From Candidatus Omnitrophota bacterium (lineage in GTDB: Bacteria; Omnitrophota; Omnitrophia; Omnitrophales; Aquincolibacteriaceae), in NCBI GenBank assembly GCA_903884815.1, contig CAISGE010000062.1, positions 17 through 64,016 of the forward strand: DNA of 64,000 nt, in the 5' to 3' direction. Below the pieces are notes generated by a model. The model saw only the letters and a program-made list of their open reading frames with translations. It was not told the DNA's origin and did not search any database. Below are positions 51,378 to 60,797 of this stretch, in pieces (position 1 is the stretch's first letter; every line of letters starts with the position of its first letter). The translations under genes were made by a program, and so were the position numbers.

Positions 51378-51881
51378 ATGAAAGAACTCGTTTCGATCGT
51401 GATGGGAAGTGATTCCGACCTTGAGACGATGCAGGAATGCGCGAACGTGCTCCGCGATTTCGGCGTTCGCTTTGACATGCAGGTCCTCTCGGCTCACCGG
51501 ACACCGATGCTTGTCTCGGACTTTGCGACACGGGCCCAGAAGAAGGGCCGCAGGGTCATTATTGCCGGTGCGGGCGGTGCCGCGCATTTGGCCGGAGCTG
51601 TGGCCGCGAACACCATTCTGCCCGTGATCGGCGTGCCTCTTGCCGCGACGCAATTAAGCGGTTTCGACGCGCTTCTCGCCACCGTTCAGATGCCTGCGGG
51701 CGTTCCGGTGGCGACCGTGGCCGTGGGGATCCCGGGAGCGCGCAATGCCGGTCTTCTGGCCGTGCAGATCCTGGCGCTTTCTGATTCAAAGTTGACTGCG
51801 AAACTTAAGAAATACAAAGATGCCATGGCGCAAAATTGTCAGGACAAGAACAAAAAGTTGCAGGCGAAGATCCGAAAGTAG
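51378..51881 (+). CDS. purE: N5-carboxyaminoimidazole ribonucleotide mutase / AIR carboxylase catalytic subunit
   Basis: PurE motifs (VSIVMGSDSD, SAHRTP, AGGAAHL); no purK is adjacent. Confidence 0.85.
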   Translation: MKELVSIVMGSDSDLETMQECANVLRDFGVRFDMQVLSAHRTPMLVSDFATRAQKKGRRVIIAGAGGAAHLAGAVAANTILPVIGVPLAATQLSGFDALLATVQMPAGVPVATVAVGIPGARNAGLLAVQILALSDSKLTAKLKKYKDAMAQNCQDKNKKLQAKIRK

Positions 51882-51961
51882 TAGACCCGGCGGGACACGG
51901 AGGTGCGTATATTGTGAAGGCGGCTCCTGGAGTCATCAAGATCGACAGTCATGATCCGGAT

Positions 51962-52981
51962 ATGTCCCGCATCCGCGAGGTGGCGCACGCCTGTAAAAAG
52001 GGTAAGGTGGTGGTGTTTCCGACCGAAACGGTTTACGGGATCGGCGGATCAATGAGCGCGCCCCATATAGAGCAGCGGCTCCGGCAGATCAAGGGGCGTC
52101 CGGACGGCAAGCCTTTCGCGTATCATATCGGCGACTGGTCGATGATCGAGAAACTCCGGGTCAAAAAGACGCCGCTTGTCCGCGCGATGGCACGTCAATT
52201 TTGGCCGGGTCCTGTTACGCTTGTTGTGCCCGATCTTGACGGAAAAACGATAGGCATCCGGTTCCCGAAGAACAGGGTTGCGGTCGCGCTGATCCAGGAA
52301 GTTGGGGAGCCTTTTATCGCGACTAGCGCCAATCTAAGCGACAAGCCGTCGTCTCATACAGCGCATCAAGTGCTTGAGCAGTTGCAAGGTTCTTTTGAGC
52401 TTCTTCTGGACAGCGGCAAGACTGAGTTCATGCTCGACTCGACCGTAGTGAATGTGACAGGGGAAATGCCCGAAGTTCTCCGCAAAGGGGCGCAGGGTGT
52501 GGATGTGGAAAAAGCGGTTGCAAAGATCCGTGCCGGGAAATGCGCGAGAAAGCGCATCTTAATCGTCTGTACGGGGAATTCCTGCCGATCGCCGATGGCG
52601 GAAGGTTGGCTTCGACACGAGATCGAGAAAAAAGGATTATCCTCGGAGATCGAGGTTTCCTCCTGTGGTACCAGCGCGCGGGATGGTATCCCTTGCACGC
52701 CGGAAGCGGAGCTCGTGCTACGGAATCGCGAGATCGATCTGAGCCAGTTCCGGAGCCGGGTTTGCCGTAAGGGGGATCTTTGGGCCTCGGATCTGGTGAT
52801 CGCGATGGCGTCTCAGCACGCGGAAGCCGTCGCGAAGTTGTGGCCTTCTGTGAAGGATAAGACAATCACGCTTGACGTGGAAGATCCGATCGGAATGGGA
52901 ATGCAGGTTTATGAGAAGACTTTACTTGATATCGAGACCAAAATGAAACAGTCTATGCACCGGATCCTTCAACTGGACTAA
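51962..52981 (+). CDS. tsaC: Fusion: L-threonylcarbamoyladenylate synthase (TsaC/YrdC domain) + low-molecular-weight protein phosphatase (LMW-PTP/arsenate-reductase fold)
   Basis: YrdC domain (VVFPTETVYGIG...FIATSANLS) followed by the LMW-PTP P-loop (LIVCTGNSCRSPMAEG) and a C-terminal DP motif (DVEDPIG). The start is uncertain: an in-frame GTG at 51914 has GGAGG upstream, and there is an ATG at 51836. Confidence 0.7.
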   Translation: MSRIREVAHACKKGKVVVFPTETVYGIGGSMSAPHIEQRLRQIKGRPDGKPFAYHIGDWSMIEKLRVKKTPLVRAMARQFWPGPVTLVVPDLDGKTIGIRFPKNRVAVALIQEVGEPFIATSANLSDKPSSHTAHQVLEQLQGSFELLLDSGKTEFMLDSTVVNVTGEMPEVLRKGAQGVDVEKAVAKIRAGKCARKRILIVCTGNSCRSPMAEGWLRHEIEKKGLSSEIEVSSCGTSARDGIPCTPEAELVLRNREIDLSQFRSRVCRKGDLWASDLVIAMASQHAEAVAKLWPSVKDKTITLDVEDPIGMGMQVYEKTLLDIETKMKQSMHRILQLD

Positions 52982-52998
52982 ATCCAAAGGCGGGTATT

Positions 52999-53454
52999 AT
53001 GATGAAACCCAAGATCGCCGTAGCGACCGATCATCGCGGCGTGCAGCTTAAGAGCGCTTTGATCGAATTTCTCAAGAACAAGAATTTTGACGTGGTCGAC
53101 TGCGGCGCTTTCACGGATGAGTCCTGCGATTATCCGGACTTCATCTTCGCGGCGGCGGAGAAAGTGGCGAACAAAGAGTGCCACAGGGCGATCGGGATCT
53201 GCTATACCGGGATCGGCAGCACGATCGCTGCGAACAAGGTCAAGGGGATCCGGGCGGCCCTTTGCTCCAATATCGAACAGGCCCGTCTTTCCCGCTGTCA
53301 CAATGATTCCAATATGCTGATCCTCGGCTCCGGTTTCCTGCCGCAGGATATTATTTTTCCGCTCGTCGATACCTGGCTCAATACACCATTTGAAAGGGGA
53401 CGTCATGAGGTCCGTGTTAACAAGATTAGGGCTTATGAAGAAAAGCATCATTGA
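52999..53454 (+). CDS. rpiB: Ribose-5-phosphate isomerase B
   Basis: RpiB/LacAB family motifs ([25 protein letters not shown]). Confidence 0.85.
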   Translation: MMKPKIAVATDHRGVQLKSALIEFLKNKNFDVVDCGAFTDESCDYPDFIFAAAEKVANKECHRAIGICYTGIGSTIAANKVKGIRAALCSNIEQARLSRCHNDSNMLILGSGFLPQDIIFPLVDTWLNTPFERGRHEVRVNKIRAYEEKHH

Positions 53455-54700
53455 TCAGACGAATCTGAAAAAGAGCGATCCGGAGATCTACGAAGCGATC
53501 CAAAAAGAGGTTCGCCGCCAGAATGAGAATATCGAGCTGATCGCGAGCGAGAACTTCACGTCGCTCGCCGTCCTCGAGGCGATGGGCTCGGTCCTGACGA
53601 ATAAGTATGCCGAGGGCTATCCTGGGAAGCGCTGGTACGGCGGCTGCGAGAATGTGGATGTGGTGGAGCAGCTCGCGATTGATCGCGCAAAACAGCTTTT
53701 TGGCGCGGAACACGCGAATGTCCAGCCGCACAGCGGGACTTCTGCTAACATCGCGGTATTCATGGCGGTGCTGGAACCGGGCGACAAGATCCTCGGTATG
53801 AATCTCACGCATGGCGGGCATCTTTCTCACGGACATCCAATGAACTATTCCGGGAAGCTGTACACGATCATCCCGTACGGCGTGAGTCCGAAGGATGAAC
53901 AGATCGATTACGATGCCTTAGAGGCGCTCGCCAAGGAACACAAACCCAAGATGATCCTTCTTGGGGCCTCGGCTTATCCCCGGATTATCGATTTTGCTCG
54001 CGGCCGGAAGATTGCCGACATGGTGGGGGCGATCCTGATGGTGGATATGGCCCATTTTGCGGGCCTTGTGGCAACGGGACATCACCCGAGTCCGATGCCT
54101 TATGCTGATATTGTGACGACGACGACGCACAAAACACTTCGCGGTCCTCGCGCCGGTCTGATCCTTTGCAAAGAGAAATACGCGAAAGCCATCGATTCCG
54201 CCGTGTTTCCGGGAATCCAGGGCGGTCCGCTCATGCACGTCATTGCGGCCAAGGCCGTCGCGTTCAAGGAAGCTCTGAGTCCGGAATTCAAGGAATACAG
54301 CGAACAGGTCGTGAAGAATTCGAAGGCTCTCGCGAAAGCGATGGCGTCGCGTGGCTTCCGGATCATCTCGGGGGGTACGGACAATCATCTGATGCTCGTG
54401 GATGTGACCGTGAAAGGATTTAACGGGAAGCAAGTCCAAGAGCTCCTCGACAAAGTCAAGATCACGGTCAATAAGAACATGATCCCGTTCGATAAGGAAT
54501 CGCCCTTTAAAGGTTCCGGGGTCCGGTTGGGTACACCGGCCGTGACGACGCGGGGGATGAAGGAAGCTGAAATGGAACTGATCGCGGAGCTAATCGAAAC
54601 AACGCTCAAGGCTCCCGACGACGAAGCGAATCTCGCGGCCGTTCGTTCACGGGTTGAAGCCCTGACCCAGAAGTTCCCGCTCTATCCGGAGCTCCAATAA
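53435..54700 (+). CDS. glyA: Serine hydroxymethyltransferase
   Basis: SHMT motifs ([23 protein letters not shown]); start at the ATG at 53435 overlapping the rpiB end. Confidence 0.9.
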   Translation: MKKSIIDQTNLKKSDPEIYEAIQKEVRRQNENIELIASENFTSLAVLEAMGSVLTNKYAEGYPGKRWYGGCENVDVVEQLAIDRAKQLFGAEHANVQPHSGTSANIAVFMAVLEPGDKILGMNLTHGGHLSHGHPMNYSGKLYTIIPYGVSPKDEQIDYDALEALAKEHKPKMILLGASAYPRIIDFARGRKIADMVGAILMVDMAHFAGLVATGHHPSPMPYADIVTTTTHKTLRGPRAGLILCKEKYAKAIDSAVFPGIQGGPLMHVIAAKAVAFKEALSPEFKEYSEQVVKNSKALAKAMASRGFRIISGGTDNHLMLVDVTVKGFNGKQVQELLDKVKITVNKNMIPFDKESPFKGSGVRLGTPAVTTRGMKEAEMELIAELIETTLKAPDDEANLAAVRSRVEALTQKFPLYPELQ

Positions 54701-54715
54701 AAGAAAAGAGACTGA

Positions 54716-55174
54716 ATGCGTTGTCCCTTCTGTAAACAGGATTCTGATAAGGTGATCGATTCGCGCGCGGCGAATGAAGGGGAAGTGGTTCGCCGGCGGC
54801 GCGAGTGCACCGCCTGCACGAAGCGCTTCACGACTTACGAGCGGGTCGAAGAGATTCCGATGTTCGTGGTCAAGAAGGACCAGCGCCGCGAAGCGTATGA
54901 ACGCGGGAAGGTTCTCGCCGGGGTTTACAAGGCCTGCGAGAAGCGCCCCGTGCCGCTTGCGGCTCAGGATAAGATCGCCGATGATCTCGAGACCACGATC
55001 CGCGAAAAATATGACCGGGAAGTTCCGTCGCGGATCATCGGGGAGTTTATCATGCAGAAGCTCGCGAAGATCGATCAGGTGGCGTACGTTCGATTCGCGA
55101 GCGTCTACCGCGATTTTCAAGATGTAAGTCACTTTATGAAAGAACTGAAGTTTCTTCTCGCGAAGCCGAAATAG
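54716..55174 (+). CDS. nrdR: Transcriptional repressor NrdR
   Basis: Begins MRCPFC with a zinc ribbon, followed by an ATP-cone domain. Confidence 0.9.
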   Translation: MRCPFCKQDSDKVIDSRAANEGEVVRRRRECTACTKRFTTYERVEEIPMFVVKKDQRREAYERGKVLAGVYKACEKRPVPLAAQDKIADDLETTIREKYDREVPSRIIGEFIMQKLAKIDQVAYVRFASVYRDFQDVSHFMKELKFLLAKPK

Positions 55175-55308
55175 TCCTCTAAATATCATCGCAAAAGCTT
55201 TATTGTCGTCTTCGGAATTGTATTGTAGGATACAACCAGTAAAGCCGTGGCAGCGAGTTCGGGTGACCGGACACGAGATCCCGGTTTAAACCAAAAGGAG
55301 AAAGCATT

Positions 55309-55563
55309 ATGGCGAAAGCAAATTCAGCGTTCATGAAACCGATGAATATTAGCGCCGAGCTCGAAGTCGTGGTCGGTAAAGGTCCCATTCCGCGCAGTGA
55401 AGTCGTCAAGAAGCTTTGGGTCTACATCAAAAAGAATAATCTCCAAGATGATAAGAATAAGCGTAACATCAACGCGGATGACGCGCTCAAAGTTGTGTTT
55501 GGTGGCAAGTCTGTCGTCAACATGTTCGAGATGACCAAGCTCGTCAGCAAGCATCTCTCTTAG
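55309..55563 (+). CDS. SWIB/MDM2-domain protein
   Basis: SWIB core (VVKKLWVYIKKNNLQDDKNKRNINADDALKVVFGGKSVVNMFEMTKLVSKHL) with a strong RBS. Confidence 0.75.
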   Translation: MAKANSAFMKPMNISAELEVVVGKGPIPRSEVVKKLWVYIKKNNLQDDKNKRNINADDALKVVFGGKSVVNMFEMTKLVSKHLS

Positions 55564-55723
55564 TTCTCGTTCGTTTTTAATTGCTCTGGCCGGCGCCTAA
55601 AGGGCAACGGTGGGTGTTAGAAAGTGTTGGGTGACTGGGGAGGATCCGGATAACCGGGTCCTTCCCAGCTTCAAGTCAGAATTTTCTAATAATCAAAAAA
55701 ATGAAATAGGAAGAGAGTCCTTT

Positions 55724-56662
55724 ATGGGTTCCAAATTGGGTATTATTTTTGCTTTTTTGCTTTCTCTTGCCGCAGCGGGCGGTTCTTATTATTTATATCA
55801 GGGATGGGTCGAAGAGCGCACCGTTCGCGGAAGTACCGAGGCCAAGTTGGACCAGGTGCAGGAAAAAATGAGCACCGTGCTGTCCGAAAAAGAACAGCTT
55901 GAAGCCAAGAGTGAGGAATATCGGAACAAGGCCGAAGCTATGCAGTCTCAGCTACAAAAACTCCAGGCTGAGCAGAGCCGCATGGATAACGAGAAAGCCG
56001 CTCTCAAAAAGCAGATGGAAGGGCATCAGGGGATGATCGCGGAGCTCCAGAAGAAGGTGAGCGAGCTTGAGAAAAAGGCCAAAGACGCTCAGGCCGCTTG
56101 CGGTGTAACTCCCGCGGATCTCAAAACGGACCCCTTTGCTGCCGCGGCGCCTCAGCCCTTCGAAACTTCGTCTACCGCGCCTGTCGCGACCTCGGTCCCG
56201 GCCGGATCCGAGACGGTATCGTCAGCGCTCGTCTTTAAGCCGACAACTGCATCGGGAGCTGCGGCGGCAAAGACTTCCACAAAGACACCTACGCCTTCGC
56301 TTCTTCCTGCTGTGATACCAACAGCTCCGGCCGCGTCGTCGGTCGTTACTGCCGTCAAAGAAACTCCTACGGCCGCGGTGCCTGCCCCGGTAAGCACGCA
56401 ACCGGTCCAGGTCGTTTCTCCTTCTGCGGGCGCTGCCGTTTCCAAAGTGCTTACCGTGAACCGCAAGTTCAATTTTGTGGTGATCAATCAGGGCTTGCAG
56501 GACGGACTTAAGATGGGAGACAAGCTGAGAGTCCTGAAACAGGGACAGGAAGTTGCCACCCTCCAGGTTGAGAAGCTTTACGACAAGTTTTCCGCAGCCA
56601 CGCTGCTGGAAGAAAATCCAAAACAGCAAGTGGTTGAAGGCGATGAAATCCGCAAGATCTAA
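55724..56662 (+). CDS. Membrane-anchored coiled-coil protein with an Ala/Pro/Thr/Ser-rich linker and a small C-terminal domain
   Basis: N-terminal TM helix, about 100 aa of coiled coil, a low-complexity linker, then a conserved-looking C-terminal ~70 aa. Confidence 0.5.
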   Translation: MGSKLGIIFAFLLSLAAAGGSYYLYQGWVEERTVRGSTEAKLDQVQEKMSTVLSEKEQLEAKSEEYRNKAEAMQSQLQKLQAEQSRMDNEKAALKKQMEGHQGMIAELQKKVSELEKKAKDAQAACGVTPADLKTDPFAAAAPQPFETSSTAPVATSVPAGSETVSSALVFKPTTASGAAAAKTSTKTPTPSLLPAVIPTAPAASSVVTAVKETPTAAVPAPVSTQPVQVVSPSAGAAVSKVLTVNRKFNFVVINQGLQDGLKMGDKLRVLKQGQEVATLQVEKLYDKFSAATLLEENPKQQVVEGDEIRKI

Positions 56663-56879
56663 GCTGTTTTTATTTTCTTTCCTTTTGTTGGGGACCCTTG
56701 TTGCTTCTCAGGTTTGCCAAGCCGAGGAAGGGGCTTCAACGGCGCCGTGTTCCCGCGAGCTCGAAGGGATCAAGAGCCAGCTCGCAGCGCTTGACCAGCA
56801 GGAGAAACAAATCCTCGCCAACCAGCAGGAAACTTTTCAAAGATTGGATCAGCTGCGTATTTGGGTCCACCGGAAATAA
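56643..56879 (+). CDS. Small secreted protein (signal peptide + short coiled coil)
   Basis: Signal peptide (MKSARSKLFLFSFLLLGTLVASQVCQA); overlaps the upstream stop. Confidence 0.4.
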   Translation: MKSARSKLFLFSFLLLGTLVASQVCQAEEGASTAPCSRELEGIKSQLAALDQQEKQILANQQETFQRLDQLRIWVHRK

Positions 56880-56889
56880 CTTTTTTCAA

Positions 56890-58182
56890 ATGAACCCTCT
56901 TTCCTTTACCGGGCCTGCTCAATTTCACGGGACTTACGCACCTCCCGGCGACAAATCCATATCCCATCGTGCCATCCTTTTCGGCGCTTTGTCTGAGGGA
57001 GAGAGTGTCTATGAGAATTTTCTGGAGGCCGAGGACTGTCTCCATACCCTCGAAGCGATGCGGCAGATGGGGGTGGGGATCGTTCATGAAAAGGGAACCG
57101 GCAAGGTCGTGATCTCGGGCAAGGGGCTTCATGGTCTTGGCGCGCCCGGCAAGTCACTTTACTTAGGAAACTCCGGAACTTCCATGAGGCTTCTCATGGG
57201 GATCCTCGCGGGCCAGCGTTTTGAGACGGTGCTGACTGGAGATCCTTCGCTCTCGGGACGCCCCATGCGTCGCGTGACCGACCCTCTGAAGCAGATGGGA
57301 GCTCAGATCAAGGGTAAGGAGAACGGAAATTTCGCACCCCTCACGATCCGGGGAGGGAAACTCCGCGGGATCGATTTTGACAATAAACTTTCAAGCGCCC
57401 AGGTCAAATCCGCGCTTCTTTTTGCGGGCATGTACGCGGAAGGTCGGACGCTCGTGCGTGAAACTATTCCTTCGCGTGATCACACGGAACGTTTTCTTGA
57501 AGCGTCGGGGGCCCATTTTCAAAAAGTGGGAGGTCACCTGATCGTTGAAAAAACGGAAATGCTTTTGCCGCTGCACGCGCGCGTCCCGGGCGACATTTCT
57601 TCCGCGGCCTTTTTTATCGTGGGCGCCGCGATGATCCCCGGATCAGAAATCACCATTCAAGATGTCGGACTCAATACCACGCGCACGGGACTTCTTGAAG
57701 TTTTGAAGCGCATGGGAGCGACGATCGAAATCGAGATCACGCAGACGATCCCGGAGCCGATGGGAAATATTCATGTCCGGGGCGCAAGACTCCAGGGCAC
57801 AGGGATCACGCACGAGGAAATCCCATCCCTCATTGATGAATTGCCGGTTCTGATGGTCGCGATGGCGCTTGCGGAAGGCGAAAGTCTAATCTCCGGAGCG
57901 GCGGAGTTGCGCGTTAAAGAGACCGATCGCATTCAATCGATGGTCCGGAATCTTAAAGCTATCGGTGCTTCGATCGAGGAGTTGCCGGATGGTTCCCTCA
58001 TTCGCGGTGTGGAAGCTTTCCACAGCGCGACAGTGGAAAGCTTCGGGGATCACCGGACTGCGATGAGCATGGCCGTGGCGAGCCTTGCCACGAAGGGAAC
58101 GATCACGGTCACGGATACGGCCTGTATAGCGACATCCTACCCGACTTTCACGGAGCATTTTCTGCGTTTAATCCTGAATTAA
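56890..58182 (+). CDS. aroA: 3-phosphoshikimate 1-carboxyvinyltransferase (EPSP synthase)
   Basis: EPSPS motifs (PGDKSISHRA, LGNSGTSMRLL, RPM.RV). Confidence 0.9.
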   Translation: MNPLSFTGPAQFHGTYAPPGDKSISHRAILFGALSEGESVYENFLEAEDCLHTLEAMRQMGVGIVHEKGTGKVVISGKGLHGLGAPGKSLYLGNSGTSMRLLMGILAGQRFETVLTGDPSLSGRPMRRVTDPLKQMGAQIKGKENGNFAPLTIRGGKLRGIDFDNKLSSAQVKSALLFAGMYAEGRTLVRETIPSRDHTERFLEASGAHFQKVGGHLIVEKTEMLLPLHARVPGDISSAAFFIVGAAMIPGSEITIQDVGLNTTRTGLLEVLKRMGATIEIEITQTIPEPMGNIHVRGARLQGTGITHEEIPSLIDELPVLMVAMALAEGESLISGAAELRVKETDRIQSMVRNLKAIGASIEELPDGSLIRGVEAFHSATVESFGDHRTAMSMAVASLATKGTITVTDTACIATSYPTFTEHFLRLILN

Positions 58183-58201
58183 AATGCGGGGTTGTTTTGG
58201 T

Positions 58202-58230
58202 TTGACACTGAAAAAGGCTTTCGCTATACT
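58202..58230 (+). promoter_or_regulatory. Sigma70-type promoter (TTGACA-17-TATACT) upstream of mreB
   Basis: Exact -35 hexamer, 17-nt spacer and TATACT, about 50 nt before mreB. Confidence 0.55.
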
Positions 58231-58280
58231 ACGGCCTCTTAAACATAACCCCACGCAACAGATACGAAAAGGTAAAGCCC

Positions 58281-59333
58281 ATGTTCTTGATCGATAAATT
58301 GTTAGGTTTTTTCTCAAGTGATATTGGTATCGATTTGGGCACCGCCAACACTCTCGTTTATGTCAAAGGCCAGGGCGTCGTTCTGTGTGAACCTTCTGTG
58401 GTTGCGATAGATCGCACGACCCATCAAGTTCTCGCCGTCGGCGAAGAAGCCAAGCGCATGCTCGGCCGCACGCCGGGAAACATCACCGCCATTCGTCCTA
58501 TGAAAGACGGCGTTATTGCCGATTTTGATATCACCGAAGCCATGCTCCGCTATTTCATCCGCAAGGTCCACCGTCGGAAAACCGGTATCAGCCCGCGCGT
58601 CGTGATCGCGGTACCGAGCGGGATTACGGAAGTTGAGAAGCGTGCCGTGAAAGATTCCGCCGAACGGGCCGGAGCGCGTACCCCGGTCTATCTTGTGGAA
58701 GAGCCCATTGCCGCGGCGATCGGTGTTGGCCTTCCGATCCATGAACCCGCCGGCAATATGATCATTGATATCGGCGGCGGAACGACCGAGATCGCCGTGA
58801 TCTCCCTTTCCGGTATTGTTTTCGCGAAGAGCATCCGCATCGGCGGCGACGAGTTCGATGAGTCGATCATGTCGCATCTGAAAAAAGCCTACAATTTGAT
58901 GATCGGGGAGCGCACCGCCGAAGAGATCAAGATCCGCATCGGTTCCGCGTATCCGCTCGAGGAAGAGACGACACTCGACGTGAAGGGGCGCGATGTCCTC
59001 GCCGGCTTGCCGAAGACCATCAGCGTGACCAGTGAAGAGATCCGTGAAGCTCTTTCCGAACCGCTCTCTGCGATCCTTGAAGCCGTCCGTATCGCGCTGG
59101 AAAGAACACCGCCGGAATTATCTGCCGATCTGATCGATCGCGGTTTGATCTTAGCAGGAGGGGGATCGCTTCTACGGGGATTTGACAAGCTGGTCAGCGA
59201 AGAGACCGGGCTTCCTGTTCATATCGCGGATGATCCTCTCACCGCCGTGGCGCTTGGTACGGGACGTTATTTGAGCGATTTCCACCTTCTGAAGCGTTTG
59301 TCGGTGAACAGCAATACCGCCCGGGAATATTAG
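58281..59333 (+). CDS. mreB: Rod shape-determining protein MreB
   Basis: Actin-like ATPase motifs ([22 protein letters not shown]). Confidence 0.92.
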   Translation: MFLIDKLLGFFSSDIGIDLGTANTLVYVKGQGVVLCEPSVVAIDRTTHQVLAVGEEAKRMLGRTPGNITAIRPMKDGVIADFDITEAMLRYFIRKVHRRKTGISPRVVIAVPSGITEVEKRAVKDSAERAGARTPVYLVEEPIAAAIGVGLPIHEPAGNMIIDIGGGTTEIAVISLSGIVFAKSIRIGGDEFDESIMSHLKKAYNLMIGERTAEEIKIRIGSAYPLEEETTLDVKGRDVLAGLPKTISVTSEEIREALSEPLSAILEAVRIALERTPPELSADLIDRGLILAGGGSLLRGFDKLVSEETGLPVHIADDPLTAVALGTGRYLSDFHLLKRLSVNSNTAREY

Positions 59334-59386
59334 CGCACCTATAGTTTGATTTTTTTTATCTCCTCTCCGGTTCTGTTATTCCCGCG

Positions 59387-59435
59387 CCACCGCCTGCGAA
59401 GCGGCGGGGTCCCGCCGGAGTGCAGGCGGGAAAAG
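59387..59435. repeat. REP-like palindromic element, copy 2 (ccaccgcctgcgaagcggcggggtcccgccggagtgcaggcgggaaaag)
   Basis: Shares a 30-nt identical core with 44211-44240; hairpins plus a T-tract downstream of mreB. Confidence 0.6.
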
Positions 59436-59508
59436 CGGCCTCCTGGCGTTTGAAGCAGTTTTCTTTTCAGGGTCTTTTTATTTATCGCTTATCGGAGATC
59501 GTGCCCCC

Positions 59509-60309
59509 ATGCGGCGCTGGCGTTCGTATTATTTTCTTGTGGTCCCTGTCGGCCTGCTCATCTTGTTCTTCCAATACCCCCGATTGAATCAAACCGTCCA
59601 TTCTATTTGTTCGACGATCGCCAAACCCGCGCAGGCGGCCGGAAGCGGCGTGCGTGAAGGCTTTTACGCGCTTCGCTATCAGTCCGGCAATTTCCTCGAC
59701 GCGGTCAGAAAGCAAAAAGAATATCTCGATCGCATTCAGGACCTCGAGACCCAGTTGCTCCATTTTCATGAAATGGAGCGCGAGAATCAGCGGCTGAGGA
59801 GGCTTCTTAGCTTCAGTACACCCGCTGCGGAGCGTACCATCGGGGCTCGTGTGATCGGGCAGGATGGAACGCCCTGGAAAAAAGTCCTTGAACTGGACAA
59901 GGGGAGCCGCCAAGGCATCAAGAAGGACATGGTCGTTCTTGCCCCCGAAGGTTTGGCGGGAAGGATCCTGGAAGTGGATCCGTCGACTTCGAGCGCGATC
60001 CTTCTGGTGGATGCCGATTGCCGGGTGAGCGCCCTGACCGCCACAAGTCGCGCGCAAGGCGTGATCACAGGGATCGGGACCGATAAACTGCAGATGAAAT
60101 ATCTCGCTCTCGACGCGGAGATCGCGATCGGAGAGGATGTCACCACCTCGGGTATCGGAAGTATTTTCCCCAAGGGTATCCAGATCGGGAAGATCGAATC
60201 CATTGAGCGCGACACGGACGGCCTGCATCTTCTCGCCCTCGTCAATCCCGCGGTGCCGTTTTCCAAGCTTGAGGAAGTGCTATGCCTCGTCTCCTCTCCG
60301 CAAAAGTAA
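59509..60309 (+). CDS. mreC: Rod shape-determining protein MreC
   Basis: N-terminal TM helix, coiled coil and MreC beta domain; position after mreB. Confidence 0.8.
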   Translation: MRRWRSYYFLVVPVGLLILFFQYPRLNQTVHSICSTIAKPAQAAGSGVREGFYALRYQSGNFLDAVRKQKEYLDRIQDLETQLLHFHEMERENQRLRRLLSFSTPAAERTIGARVIGQDGTPWKKVLELDKGSRQGIKKDMVVLAPEGLAGRILEVDPSTSSAILLVDADCRVSALTATSRAQGVITGIGTDKLQMKYLALDAEIAIGEDVTTSGIGSIFPKGIQIGKIESIERDTDGLHLLALVNPAVPFSKLEEVLCLVSSPQK

Positions 60310-60797
60310 TCTTTTTTTTCCTTCTTCTTGCGGTCCTGGACGGGACTGTCATGCCGGTCTTTCAGATCTGGGGTGTGTATCCAAGCTTCCTCTGTCTTTT
60401 TATCTGCTACGCCGCTTTTGAGTGGGGCGGGCACAAGACCGTCTATGTCGCTTTTTGGGCCGGACTTTTACGCGATTTTCAGGGGCATGGATTGATCGGG
60501 CTTGAGGCGGGTCTTCTCGCCGCCTTGGCGCTCGCGCTTGATTTTCTGGTGCGGAAAATGGAGCGTGGATCAAGATGGATCTATTTTGTCATTACCTTCC
60601 TTTTTGTTTTTTTCGCGGGGGCTCTGAGACTCTTGGCGGGGTATACGGGGGAGCTTCCCGTGTCTATGGCATGGGAATATCTGGGACTCGTTACGATGAC
60701 GGCCCTTTATACGACAGCTTTTCTTCCACTCTTATATTTCGTGAGCAATCGATGGTTTGGTCACTCTTCCGCAAAACAATATGAGCTTTTTCCGTAA
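60282..60797 (+). CDS. mreD: Rod shape-determining protein MreD
   Basis: Polytopic small membrane protein between mreC and mrdA. Confidence 0.7.
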   Translation: MPRLLSAKVIFFFLLLAVLDGTVMPVFQIWGVYPSFLCLFICYAAFEWGGHKTVYVAFWAGLLRDFQGHGLIGLEAGLLAALALALDFLVRKMERGSRWIYFVITFLFVFFAGALRLLAGYTGELPVSMAWEYLGLVTMTALYTTAFLPLLYFVSNRWFGHSSAKQYELFP

